A DNA stretch of 64,000 nt. Origin: Lama guanicoe. Lineage: Eukaryota. The notes under the pieces were generated by a model. That model had not been told where the DNA came from and made no database searches. It saw only the letters and a program-made list of their open reading frames with translations. The stretch lies in contig MU053994.1 of the NCBI GenBank assembly GCA_013239625.1, forward strand, positions 3,167,589 through 3,231,588. Direction: 5' to 3'. Shown piece after piece: positions 52,369-64,000 of this stretch. The first letter of the stretch is position 1. Every line of letters begins with the position of its first letter. Position numbers and translations under genes: made by a program.

Positions 52369-53684
52369 AGAGGCTGAGCTGACTGGAGGAGTCATGGGCA
52401 GCCGCTGGTCTTAGGGCACTTGGGTATCTGTCCCCCTGTGGCCTGGGGTGCAAGCCTGGAATGAAACACGGCCCCTCCACGGTGAGCCTGGCCAGCTTAC
52501 GTTGCTGAATGAATGTTAACTTATGTTCCTTCTACTTCTGTTCCAGGCACAGAAAATTTAGAAGCGCTTAGACAAACATTTGCACTTTTCAAGGGAGTTC
52601 CCTTGAAATGTTGCTGACTTTTACTACTGTGCTCCTGAGAGGAGAAAGAGAGTTTTTGTTCACTGCCAGACTGAGTGAAACACCAGCCTGCACGGAGGCC
52701 TTGTGGAGGACACACCACTGTGGTTCGCAGCGGCCTAGCGGGAGTTCTCTCTGCCATACATGACCTCGTGGCGGAGGCCCACTCATGTCTCACTCATGGT
52801 TCACTCATGATCCATTAGTGGGTCATGGCGTTGGTAGTGGCAACCAGCATTAAGAAATAATAGTGACAAAGTAGATGGGGAAACTTCAGCATGCGTCATA
52901 GAGAGTAAGAAAAGTAATATTTCACTGAACTTTTGCTTCAGTTACATGTGTTTGTGTGTACTGGAGCCCAGTATAAAAACGTATCTCTCACTGGGGGGTC
53001 ACGATCATGAATATTTGAAAGCCAGTGTCATAGATCACTTTGATTTCATGTTTGTTTTCAAAAAGCATGGGGTTGAAAGTAAAGCACAGGACTCCATTTC
53101 ATTTGTTGATTATTCTTGTCAAAGCCAATTTATTTTCTTCCATCACCACTAAAAGGTGGACTAGCCTTATTTATTCCCTGTTTAAAGATCTAGTTAGATC
53201 AAAAGAAGCAAGATTGGGTGTTTTGAAGAGCACCTGGGCAGTTAGGAGTTGGGATGGAGGTGCTCTTTGATGGCCCTGAAGAGGCCGGGTGAGATGGTGT
53301 GTGCAGACCAGATGGCTGATGGGTGTGGGGTTCCAACAGGGAGGTTCTGTAGAGGCCCACAGAGCACTGATGGCTGTTTCATTTAATAAGTTAATAACTA
53401 ATAATGAGAATGTCTTTGAAGGAGCCTCTTGGTGTCTTGCAGTGATATCTATTATTAAAGCATCCAATAACATGAAAAGAAACCCAAGGGTAAATGATTA
53501 CAGAGATTGTGATCATTTAGGTAAATCCTGCTGTGTCATCTTGGTGCCCTGTTCCTGATATTATATATAACAGCCTTTGTAAAGTGCTTCTAATTCTACC
53601 CCAAAATGCTTGTTTCTCTGGAATTCAAATGAGTAACTTTATGTGTCAGAGTCAATGTCTAATCACCAAATTCTCTCATTTAGG

Positions 53685-53825
53685 CATTGTTTTCCCCAAT
53701 TTACAGATGTGGAGACTGAGGTGTAGATAATTAAGTGACTTGCCAAAGTTCCAGCGCTGGTAGATGACAAACTTGAGATTTGAATCCAGGTGTCTAAGCT
53801 CCAGACCCAGAGTTATCTCCCCTGC
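53685..53825 (-). mobile_element. MIR SINE
   Basis: ccccaatttacagatgtggagactgagg...ttaagtgacttgcc core. Confidence 0.8.
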
Positions 53826-53924
53826 CTCTAGATGGTGACGTGACATTTTTCACCTCTGGAAACTTTTCTGGAGCTAATAGTTGAAGTTCAGAGGAAATGA
53901 CTTGACTTGAAAAAAGATTCCAAA

Positions 53925-55356
53925 AGAACTATATACCATGACCAAGTGGGATTTATTCCAGGTATGCAAGACTGTTTGAACATTTGAAAAAATGTAATCT
54001 ATCATATCAACAACCTAAAGAAAAAAAAATCATATAACCATGCCAGTTGGTGCAGAAAAAAGCATGTGACAGAATCCAGTATTCATTTATGATAAAAAAA
54101 AACACTCAGCAAGTTAGAAATAGAGGGGAGTGATCTGAACTTGATAAAGAAGCATTTACAGGAAATCTGTAGGTAATATCATACTTACTAGTGACGGACT
54201 GAATGCTTTCCTCTAAAATCCTCTGGGGTGAGGATGTCCACTCTCATTACTTCTGTTCAACATAGAACTGAAAATTCTAGCTAGACCAGTAAGTCAAGAA
54301 AAAGAAATAAAAGACATATATATTTGAAAGGAAGAAATAAAACTGCCCTTATTTGCAAATGACATAATTTTCTACATAGGAAATTCCAAATAATACACCA
54401 AAAATTCCTAGAAGTGATAGGCATATTCAGCAAGATCACAGGGAGGGGACCAGGAAAAGCACAGTAAATATAGGTAAGGTTGTTATGCAAGTTTATTTTT
54501 TAAATTTTTTAAATATGCAAGTTTACTTTTTAAATTTTTTAAATATTTATTTATTTGGTTTATTTATTTATTTATTTACTGTTATGCAAGTTTAAATCCT
54601 GCCCTTCTCTTTTTATAAGAGTTTCTTGAGATAAGGTCACCCCCCTCTTCCCAGTACTGTGTGGGAGACACCCTTACAAAAGAAATTTTCCTTATACGTG
54701 TAAATGTCTCTTACAAAAAGGTAACTTCTACTTGGTTTCCAGAGTTCCTCCCATGTCTGCTATTTCTTAAAAAATAACCATCCTAAAATAATCCTTATGC
54801 CAAACAGACACATTTTGGGGTGGCAAAATTCTGCCCTCCTGCAGAGTAATGCAATTTCTATCACAATCTCAGCAAAGGTCTTTGTAAGAACAAAGAAGAC
54901 ATAAGACAAGCGTCTTTATACAAGGCCATAGAGCAGTTAAACCGATCTTGACAAAGAAGGGTCAAGTGGGAGGAATCACTCTATGTGATATTGTCGTACC
55001 ATATAGCTACAGCAATCACGACAGCACGGTATTGTCAGAGACAGGAACATAGAGACATAGATCAAGGAACAGAATACAGAACCCAGAAATATGCCCAGGC
55101 AAATAGGCTCAGCTGGTTTTTGGCAAAAGTGCAAAGGCACTTGAAAACGGAGGAAGGATAACCTTGTCCACAAATGTTACTGGGGCAGTTGAACATCCAC
55201 AGACAAAAAACTGAACCTCGACCTAAACCTCACACCTTAAACAAAAGCGAACTCAGACTGAATTTACATTAAAATGTAAAATATAAAATTAGAAAACTTT
55301 TAGAAAAAAAAATCTTTGGGATATAGGACTAGCCCAAGAGTTCTTAGACCTGACAC
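53925..55356 (+). mobile_element. Old L1 ORF2 (RT region onward) remnant
   Basis: catgaccaagtgggatttattccaggtatgcaa (HDQVGFIPGMQ) and ttatttgcaaatgacata (LFAND, degenerate FADD). Interrupted by an LTR. Confidence 0.85.
54443..54843 (-). mobile_element. Partial ERV1-type LTR inserted in an old L1
   Basis: Homologous to parts of 56401-57320 and interrupts the L1 ORF2 remnant. Confidence 0.65.
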
Positions 55357-55730
55357 TGTCAGGGAGGAAGAAAGTCAAAAGAGGATGTTGGGGGTAGTGG
55401 TTTGGGACTTCAGGGGTATTGGATGGGGGAGCAATTCACAGGAGATGGAAGAGCAAATGTTTGGTAAATAAATGTTTGCAGAGACAGTGGGACCCAGGGA
55501 GGAATTTTAACCCAGAGACGTTCCTCCCTGTCTACTCACCTAGTTCACACTATAGTTATCTATGGTGATGGCTCCCTTCCTGGAACAGTTCCTCTGTTTA
55601 CATTCTTTTAGGCAGATAGGGGGAAGGTCAAAGCTTCTTTCTGAGTCTTTGGGGCCTTAAAAATAATCAGCCAACATTAAGCTTCATGCCAGAGAGACAC
55701 AATTCAGGATGTCGTATTTTCTCCCCTACG
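55357..55730 (-). mobile_element. Solo LTR related to the 54.4/56.4 kb LTRs
   Basis: TG start, shared aaaataatcag...atgcca...ctcccctac end, TSD-like ACAC/ACAT. Confidence 0.55.
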
Positions 55731-56400
55731 ACATGGTTGCAGTTTTTGGCTTTTCCCAGCTCCCCACCAGTCATTTTCTTTGCTTGACATTTTTTGCTTT
55801 CTGTAGTTTTAAAATTCGTTCATCAGCAAAACAGAACAGTCTATTATGCAGAGCATCATTGAAAGCTCCCTCTGGGGCTTTGAGACGTTTCTCTGCGAAG
55901 CCGAGAAGTGGCATTGCGTGTTTCCCTGGCATGCGTTTTGGTCTTGTAAACTAGCATCCTCGGGTCAGGAGCTGGCCTCCAGATGGGCCAGCCCACCACA
56001 GCACTTCACTAATTTCAGGTTCGGGCTGACCAAGAATGACTCGTGCTTTCTGGTTTCCCTGGCACATGGCTGACATCACAGGGCTGACTCATTGTGATTA
56101 ACACAGGGACTGCAGGCGCAGCCTTCTGCAAAGACAAAGCCAGCATCACTTGTCTCACTGCACCGCCGAGTGCCGAAGCTTCCATTTCCTCATCGGGAAA
56201 ATGCTTTTTGCCTCAAAGAGCTATTGTGAGGAACAGAGGGTAGAAATAGCTGTGAAGCACTTGCGCCAGCCAAGGAAATGTGAGTCATCACCCGAGTCTC
56301 AAGTAGGATTGGGCTCGGCCACGAGTAACAGAAACCTCCAAATACCTGTGGCTTAAACAGGGTAGTTTATTTCTCTCTCATGATCAAGTCCCAGGGAAGT

Positions 56401-57320
56401 TATAGGGGAGGAAAAAATTTTTTCCTTCTACCCCTCTGAATTCTTAGCTGAGACCCCTGTAATAAAAGACAGAAAAAAAGACAGATTAACAGAGAAAAAC
56501 AACTAGAAGTTTATTAACATGTGTATGTCCTGTATGCCTGGGAGAGACCCAGGGAAACAGAGTGACTCCCTGAGGTGGCCTGACCAGTTTCAGTATCATC
56601 TACAGCTAAAGACAAAAGAAAGAAGGGTGTTGAAGGGGGTAGCTCTAGGGGGTAACCAGGAAGAGCATGGCAAACAAGGCCAAGGTTGTTATGCAGATTG
56701 AAGTTGGTGCCTTTTTTACTCACTGATGAGAGTCGCTTGTGATTTACTCATCCTCCTCTTCCTGGTACAGAGAGGGAGACCCTTACAAATGGAGATTTTC
56801 CTTATAAATGTGACGTCTTTTGCAAAAGGGTAGCTTCTGTTTTCAGAGCTTCTCCTTTGTCTCACTTCTCAAAGTAATCAGCTCTAAATAATCCTTATAG
56901 CTGTTAAAAAAAAAAAAAGACAGTGGGCTCAAAATGGAGTCATCTGTGCTAAACCCAAGTCACCAAACGGAGACTTAATACCTCATTTAAATACAGTTTT
57001 AACCACTCCCAGGAAAAGAATCTTAAACCAATCAGACCAGCACTAGTGAGATAATCTGTCTGACGGACCCCTACGGTTCCCCACAGGAACGTGACCTTGC
57101 CACAATCCACTCTTTGCTAGTAACTTCCTTGTTCTACCCATAAAAGCCTTTTATTTTGTACAGCTCCTCAGAGCACCTTTCAGTCTGCTAGATGGGATGC
57201 TGCTTGATTCATGAATCATTGAATAAAGCCAGTAAGATCTTCACAATTTACTTAGTTGGGTTTTGTTTTTTAACATGGCCAAGAGGCATATTTTGGGGTG
57301 GCGTATTATGCTACTCTTCA
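56401..57320 (-). mobile_element. ERV1-type LTR interrupted by a second LTR
   Basis: Shares extended similarity with 54443-54843 (ccttacaaa...aaataatccttat...attttggggtggc). Split at 56902-57275. Confidence 0.7.
56902..57275 (+). mobile_element. Nested solo LTR
   Basis: TGTTAA...TTAACA inverted termini, CCAAT, CATAAAA, AATAAA near 57222, TSD-like TAGC/TGGC. Confidence 0.75.
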
Positions 57321-57470
57321 AAGTCTGGAGCACGTGTGGCTCCACAAAGCTCCTAAGGACCCAGATTCTGCCTGTATTATTGGTCCTCTGGGTGGTTTCT
57401 CTTCTCACAGTCATCTCATGACCCAAGAGGGCTGCAGGAGCACCAGCCAACTCTGAGGGAAAATACATTC

Positions 57471-58342
57471 CTGTGTGTTTCTCCTCTACTAAATACTTCA
57501 CTCCTGGTGCTTCTGGTCACCAAATGAATGGTAATGTTTCTCACACCAGGCAATTCTGTGACATCAGCTGGGTGTCCTACAATTCAACTCAGTTCTGACA
57601 CTATCTGCCTGGAGACAGCATCAGATCCTACAGTCTAAGGGTTCAGTCCCACAAGACAGCCCTTCCCCCTGCCCCTACTTCAGATGCCAGTCACAAATCC
57701 AGGTTGTCACCTGTGCTTCTGTCTGATAGGCTGTAGATTGGAGTTTCCACTGACCCCCCTCCTTGAGTTTGATTAATTTGCTAGAATGGCTCATGGAACT
57801 CAGGAAAACAGTTTACTTACTAGATCATCCATTTACTAGGAAGGATATTAAAAAATGCAAATGAACAGCCAGATGGACAAGATACATAGGGCAAGGTCTG
57901 GAAGGGCCCCAGTACAGGAGTTTCTGTCCGCATGTAGTTTGGAGTGTGGATGTGAATGCATTTTTGTTCACCAACCAGGCAGCTCTCCAAACACTGTCCT
58001 TTTGGGTTTTTGCGGAGGTGTGATTGATTAAATCCGTGACATTGCTGATGAATTCAACTTCCAGCTGCTCCCAGGAAGTTGGGGGGTGGGGCTGAAATTT
58101 CCAACCCTCTGTTCAAGAGGTTGGTTCCCTTGGCAACCAGTCTCTATCCTGAGGCTAATCAAGGAGATTTCCCGAAATCACCTAATTAAACAGAGGGGCT
58201 TGAAAAGGGCTTGTTAAGAGTAACAAAAGGCATCTTCATGGCTCTGATCACTTAGGAAGTTCCAGAGGTTGTAGGAGCTCTCTGCTAGAAACAAGATGAA
58301 AACCAAAACCATATTTCTTATTATAAATCACATTATCACGCA
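57471..58342 (-). mobile_element. MER21-like LTR
   Basis: Reverse-complement similarity to 7380-8420 (e.g. cagctgggtgtcctacaat...ctgacactatctgcctggagacagcatcagatcc). Confidence 0.75.
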
Positions 58343-58415
58343 GGCATATCCACATTCTAGCCAGGAGGGAGGAAGAGAGTGAGGAAAAACACATCTTCTA
58401 TCAAGAATGCTCTCT

Positions 58416-58584
58416 AACAACAAAGACCTACTGTAGAGCACAGGGAACTATATTCAGTATCTTATAATAAACGATATTGAAAAAGAATATGAAAAGGAAT
58501 ATATATATGTACAACTGAATCACTATGCTGTACACCAGAAACTAATACAACATTGTGAATCAACTATCCCTCAATTTAAAAAAC
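58416..58584 (+). mobile_element. L1 3'UTR fragment
   Basis: TSD agaatgctctct at 58404-58415 and 58585-58596. Confidence 0.85.
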
Positions 58585-58984
58585 AGAATGCTCTCTGGCA
58601 GTTGTACAAAACCCTCTGTTCCCATCCTGTTGGCCAAACCTTAGTCACATGACCAAACCAAAATGCAGAGGGGGCTAGGAAATGTCATTTTTTTCCCACT
58701 TGGTTATGCACTAAACAATGAAGGTTCTATTATTACAGAAGAAGGGAAATTACATAAAAAGGTTGGCACCCTAGGAAAGTAGAGGTGACTTTCATCAGTT
58801 ACCTGTGGGAAGGTTGTGCCATCTGTCAGCAGACTTTAATCAGGGTAACCAAAATATGCACAAGTGAAGTGTCACATCCAGACAAACTTCTCCAGGGTCA
58901 CATTTGGCCTAAAAGTTACAGCCCCTGACACCCACCCCCATCCTCACCCCTGAGCGAACTCACCAACTTCCCAACCTTGTAAAC

Positions 58985-59373
58985 TGTTGTATGGTCAGGC
59001 CACACAAGATGGATGTTGTCTTGCTCTCTGTACATCCTCTGCTCGACCAGTGCCTGCTTCACCTGCAACCCTACTCACCTGACTGACCTTCCTACATACT
59101 TGCCCCAGGCCCCAGCTAGTGATTGTTCTAACCTTTAGATTAGAACATCTCCACCTGTTAGCATATCAAAGGGGCAAGGAGGAGCACGCCCCTCTACTGG
59201 TTTCCCTGGTAACCGATGAGCCCACCTGATGTCAATTCCCCTGTATAAGTGGTAACCTCCCCCTGCCCCCGGAAGTGAAACCTGCGGCCAGGTCCAGCTC
59301 ACAGTCTGCCGCACACGGTGGGGCGTCGCTCCAGGACCTTGCTTCGAACAGGTAAGTCCCCCGTCCGTTAAAC
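58985..59373 (+). mobile_element. Partial LTR (ERV1-like) cut by the minus-strand provirus
   Basis: TG start, LTR-like composition with CAAGATGG, CCGGAAGTG and a CAG|GTAAGT donor. No CA terminus before 59374. Confidence 0.55.
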
Positions 59374-59882
59374 TGTTGCAAGAGAGGGAAATGCTGGAGT
59401 TCTTAGGATGGACCACCACGTGAGGGTCCTTGGTTTTGTGGAGGAAATTAAGAGTGCGCCAAAGAAAAGGGAAAATGAGTTTCTTTCGAGAGATACTCCA
59501 TAGGCAGAATGTGAACTGTCTCACAGTGCGGGCGGCCCCGGGGTGCGGGTCGCTGGTTTTTTTGAGCTGAGTAATTTCACAGGCCAATGAGTGGGAGGAA
59601 TATTCTTGCTGTTTTGGGGAGGGGTGGGGATTTCCCAGGAATTGGGCCACTGTCCGCTTTTTGGCCTTTTATGGTCTGCCTCGGAACTGTCGTGGTGTAA
59701 GGGGGAGTGATTTTTAGTATTACAGTGAAGCTATAATGAGCTGAAAGGTCAATGACCAGACTGTTCTCAAAGCCACCTTGGTTTCAGCTGGTTCCAGCTG
59801 GCTTTAATCGCATCCCAACGGCTGCGTGCCTTCTTTTTTGTTGATCTAGTGGTTGTGTTCTGCCCCTTTCCCTCCTGTCTCA
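59374..59882 (-). mobile_element. 3' LTR of the ERV
   Basis: On the - strand it begins TGAGACAGG right after a purine tract (GAGGGGCAA) downstream of env and ends TGCAACA. Confidence 0.8.
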
Positions 59883-59982
59883 TTGCCCCTCAGATTTTAC
59901 TCCCACATTCTTATGGGAAGCAGAAGGGTGATGGTCCGTCTGTAGATGCTTCAGGGCTGGGCAGGCGTGTTGACCCTGCCTG

Positions 59983-61554
59983 TCAGGGATTAAAAAAATC
60001 TCTGGATGGCTGGTCTAGGGGTCCCATGGGCAGGACGGCTTCTTGTTTTAAGTCAGAGGGCGATATGGGCTGGAATTCTCGCATAGCCACCATTTTGATG
60101 TGGAACTGTTGTGACCTGGAAGATGTGAACTTTACCAAGAGGTTAAAGAGGCAGGTTCCAAAGAGGAGGAGGAGGAGTATGACCATTCCTGGGCCCAGGA
60201 GGGGCAGGAACCAAATGAGGCTAGGGAGGGTGCTCTTAATGGTAACCAGATGGCATTAAGGTTTGACCCCTGGTTGTAGCGGTGTGATCATGATGCCTGT
60301 TTATAAATCTTTTTGATGTCTATCTTGATTTGGACTGAATTATTGATATAGGTACAACAGGTTTTGTTTATAACCACATAAACGCCACCCTGCTTGTCCA
60401 GCAAGTAATCTAAGGCCAATCTGTTGTCCTTGACCATATTGGCCAGTGAGTTCAAAACAGGTGGAAGTCTATTTAGGGCATTTCCAGTGGTCAGGGCTGG
60501 GCTCTCTAAAGTGTTGGTTAGATTTTCTAGGGTTACCTCTTGGCAGGCAAAGCCTCCCCGTGGAGCTGCCCACCCCCCTGCCAGTGCTATCGCTGCCAAT
60601 ATTAATCCGATGGCCTTTCCAAGACGGTATTGGATATTATTATTTATTGTGACTGTGAATGGGACCAAATGTCATAATGTATAGGCTCATGCCGCATATT
60701 ATTGATATAAGGATAAGTGTTTACACAGAGGTCATTATTTTCCCTGGGGTGCCCTTGTCATTGGGCCCTTGTTCTGGGAAGTGCCACATATCCAGACATA
60801 TCCTGAAGGTGCAATAAGAGATCTGGGAATAGGAGAATTTAACAAGCAGCCATTCAGATCCACAGAAGGGACAATTTATGAACACAATGTGTGGACAAGG
60901 TACCATTAATATGTACAAAATAGTTAAGTCCAGGAGTATTCCATGCCCTCGGCTTAGATAAGATGCTGAAGCAAGAGGGTTCTACTCATCGCTTCCACAG
61001 AGCCTGACAATTTTTAGTCTGTTCTATCGCTATCCCAAAGGCAACTTTGTCTGGTGTTCATTATACACATACGGAGTGGACAGAAACTGGGAATGTAGTT
61101 CAGTTCCAGGTTCCAAAACACTGTAATAATATTACGATCTGGTGGCCAAGGATTGTTCCAAAGAGGCTCACCACAGCCAAGACAACCATTAGAGGTATAG
61201 TGGCTTGGGAAGCATGACTGGTTTTCTGGATAACAAAAGTAGCCATGATTAACGGAAAAGTTACAAGTCACCTTTTTAAAAAGAGTTAAATGTAGGCAAG
61301 GCATGGTTTTGCCCATGGCACTCGTATGGGGAGTGGGGTTTCCATGTGTTTGAATTTGTGGAGCTCTTGTTGTGTGTGCCTATTTGTACGTGTAACAATT
61401 ACTGTAAGCCAGGATTTTTGTGGCAGACCCAACAATTAACTAGTTTTTCTCCCCTGGCGACTATTTTAGCTGTGTTTACATTATTTTCCCCTTCCCCCTG
61501 AGCCGTGACTACCGTCAGAAGTCCTACTAGGAGTATTATGGCTTTTGACATCAT
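59983..61554 (-). pseudogene. env: ERV env remnant (gamma-type SU/TM)
   Basis: Signal peptide MMSKAIILLVGLLTVVTA, CWVC (CXXC) motif, fusion-peptide-like AIGLILAAIALAGGWA, ISD-like NRLALDYLLDKQGGV, degenerate CX6CC (YVVINKTCC), TM anchor VILLLLLFGTCLFNLLVKF. Split across several frames. Confidence 0.92.
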
Positions 61555-61699
61555 ATTACTAAATTTGTTCAGACCCCACAGGGGCAAAGAAGATATTTGC
61601 CAGGAGGAGAGGGTTCTGAAAAAACGGCCGAATATGAGCATGATAGTCAGAAACACGAGGATTATTAGACCAACCCATCAGGGCTGCATGAAGTCACTT

Positions 61700-63390
61700 A
61701 TCTGTTCTCTTGAACAGGTATCTGAGGTCTCCCCTGGCTCGCAAGAGTAGATCTCTCTGGTTCCTGTTGGGACTTAGAAGATACAGGATTTATTCCAGAC
61801 AGATGTACCCAATTAGTAACTCCCTGTAGCTTGACAACGGTAGGGGTACTTAGTAACACTTGGTACGATCCCTTCCATTTTGGTTGTTGCTGGTCCTCAG
61901 GGGACCTTTCTTTCCAAGTTTTTAGTAGGACAGGGTCCCCTGACTGGACAGAGACTTCGATCTTTTCTTTTGAGGGGATGGGTAGCACTTTGTTTCCGTA
62001 TTCTTGGAGGAGCTCAAGCTAACGATGTAGGAGACCAATTTGTTGGTTTCCTCATTAAATAAGAGATCGGAAGTCAAAAGGGGCTTCCCATAGGTCGTTG
62101 CAAACGGGCTAAGTTTTAAAATTCCCTTTGGGGTCATCCTGGTCTGTAGAAAGGCTACAGGGAGGAGGGAGGCCCAAGTTTCCGAAGTCTCTTGGCACAG
62201 CTTAGCAAGCGTTCTTTGTAGAATATGATTGGCTTTTTCCACCTTGCCTGAGGATCGGGGCCTCCAGGAAGAGCGGAGGCGGTAGTTAATACCCAGGGCT
62301 GAGGAAACCTGTTGGTTCACCTTGGCAGTGAAGGAAGGTCTGTTACCACTCTGTAGCCTCTTGGGTAACCTGAGTCTTGGAATTATCTCTTTAAGCAGAA
62401 ACTTGGATACTTCTGTTGCCTTTTCAGTCCTAGCAGGGAAAACTTATGTTCATCCTGTAAATGTGTCTATGAATACCGGTACTTAGCTCCATCCCCTACA
62501 TTGGGGGCATTTGGGTCAAGTCCATTTGCCAGTCTCCCCCAGATAGGTTCCCTGAAGTTGTATAGGCCAAGTTAAGGGTGGAGGTATAGGGTGGCTTCTT
62601 GGGTCATTGCAGGCACAAAGTCTGCAAGCCCTGGTGACATTTAACAGTTTGGGACAGTCTCTCACCCAGGAACACCAGAGTAACCAGTTTGAATAGGGAG
62701 TCCCGCCCTAAGTGGGAGGATTTGTGGAAGCGCTTAATTTTCCATTCCTCGGCCCCAGGAGTGAGAAGCTTGTTATCTTTTGTCAGTCACCCTGAGTGGT
62801 CTCCTTCCAGCCCCCTACACGAGCCCACTCGAGTTCTCCAGGCGTACAGCCTGGCATTGTTGGGAAGGGGGAAAGGGGAGTGAGGGGTATGAGAGCTGCA
62901 TCTTGTTGGACCAGTTGTTCTTTGACTGCAGTCTTAGCGGCCTTATCAGCCAGGGTGTTCCCCCCTATAAGGGAGGTGTTGCCTTTAGTGACCTCTGCAG
63001 TGAATGACTGTAACCTCCTTTGGAGGCTGGACGGCTTCCAGGAGTTCTAGGATTTCTGCCTGGTGTTTTATAGGGGACCTTTTGGCTGTTAGTAGTCTCC
63101 TTTCTTTCCACATGGCAGCGTGGGCACGGAGCACTGGGGATCCATACCTGGAATCAGGATATATATTAGTTCTCAATCCCCTTCCCAGCTGGAGTGCTCT
63201 GGTCAAGGCAATCGACTCGGCCTTTCGGGTGGAAGCGTGAGCTGGCAGAACTCCAGACTCAACAGTTGTCTGCAGGCTGAGTGTGGCAGAGCCGGCCTTT
63301 CTCACCCCTTCGTATATAAAACTGCTTCCATCAGTAAACCGTTCTGCGTCGGGATTGGTCAGGGGCTCATCCTTGAATTTGGATGGTCAA
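61700..63390 (-). pseudogene. pol: ERV pol remnant (RNase H and integrase)
   Basis: KDEPLTNPDAERFTDGSSFIYEGVRKAG, AESIALTRALQLG, IYPDSRY, VIHCRGH (RNase H). FHKSSHLG...CRLCAC (HHCC zinc finger). WQMDLTQMP, LQSGNRPSF (second catalytic D changed to G), SSGKVEKAN, and WKGSYQVLLSTPT...WVHLS (integrase C-terminus). Confidence 0.93.
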
Positions 63391-63864
63391 GCTCAAAACC
63401 ACAGGCAAATCCGGGCTGTGGAGGGAAGGAAATAGCTCCCGTCGATGTCGGATAAACTTTGTTCACTCTTCAACCAGTTCCCACTTATGAAGCGCTTATT
63501 CTGGGCTGGGCACTGAGCTAAGTTGCTATTGGGAGTGAAAAGTAAGACACAGCGGCCTAGTATGGGAGGAGGACATGTACACAAAGCATGGCAGTTCGGG
63601 GAGACTGAATTCATGAATACATGAATTCAGCACAGTGGGGATGTTGGAGAAGGGTGTACAGAGGAAACGGTTCCTGAACTGGGTTCTGAAGTGAGCAGGA
63701 GCCCTTAGCTGGAGAAGAGGAAAGGCATTCCCAGCTAACGGAACAGCACCAGCAAAGCCACGGAAGCTTAGAAGAACGTGGCCCAGTGCAGGTGACCACA
63801 AGATGACTGTGTGATGAGGAATGATGGGAAATGAGGCTGGTGAGGATGCAGAAGAAGATTGGCA

Positions 63865-64000
63865 ACATGTAGTAAGCATCTAATATGCCCCTGGTACTGT
63901 GCTAAGTACTTGATGGACACTGAATTTTTACAACAGCATGGTATTATTATCCCCATTTCACAGATGAGCAAACGGAGACTCAGAGGTTAGGCATGTTAAC
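63865..64000 (-). mobile_element. MIR SINE
   Basis: tattattatccccatttcacagatgagcaaacggagactcagagg core. Confidence 0.75.

Larger units (their letters stand above)
56290..58720 (-). mobile_element. Fragmented MLT1 (MaLR) LTR hosting nested insertions
   Basis: MLT1-like pieces at ~56290-56400, ~57320-57450, ~58343-58415 and ~58585-58720, separated by younger elements. Confidence 0.55.
59374..63390 (-). mobile_element. Decayed class I (gamma-like, ERV1) endogenous retrovirus, 5'-truncated: RNase H-integrase-env-3'LTR
   Basis: Pol, env, PPT and LTR remnants in canonical order on the - strand, with multiple stops and frameshifts. Confidence 0.93.

Noticed and set aside
59983..61554. Possible co-opted env (syncytin-like)
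   Set aside because: Multiple stops and frameshifts, first Cys of CX6CC lost and no intact furin site, so it cannot encode a functional Env.
1..64000. CRISPR arrays, operons or prokaryotic systems; neighbouring genes DDX3X and CASK
   Set aside because: The sequence is mammalian with no repeat-spacer arrays, and I recognised no DDX3X or CASK exons in the window.

Overview
Mammalian genomic DNA, most likely camelid judging by the abundant tRNA-Ala-like SINE, containing the nyctalopin gene NYX (X-linked in other mammals) on the + strand. The gene model is a putative non-coding exon 1 ending at 29921, exon 2 with the start codon (ATG 30323, donor after 30347), a ~15.5 kb intron, and a CpG-rich exon 3 (CDS 45870-47278). 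The spliced product is an intact 477-aa LRR protein. The remainder is mostly interspersed repeats: L1, L2, MIR, lineage-specific SINEs, hAT MITEs, MLT1/MER21/ERV1 solo LTRs, a 5'-truncated RPL23A retrocopy, and a decayed gamma-like ERV (RNase H-integrase-env-3'LTR, - strand, ~59.4-63.4 kb). I found no convincing evidence of a wholly new biological system. The best second-look items are a SINE carrying ~130 nt of apparent Pol III read-through sequence, an RPL23A/SINE-tail chimera inside one TSD, a small hydrophobic ORF in front of the ERV env, NYX uORFs and start-codon state, and a microsatellite-containing tandem duplication upstream of NYX. Repeat family names and human NYX comparisons are from recall, not from database searches, and repeat boundaries without TSDs are approximate.
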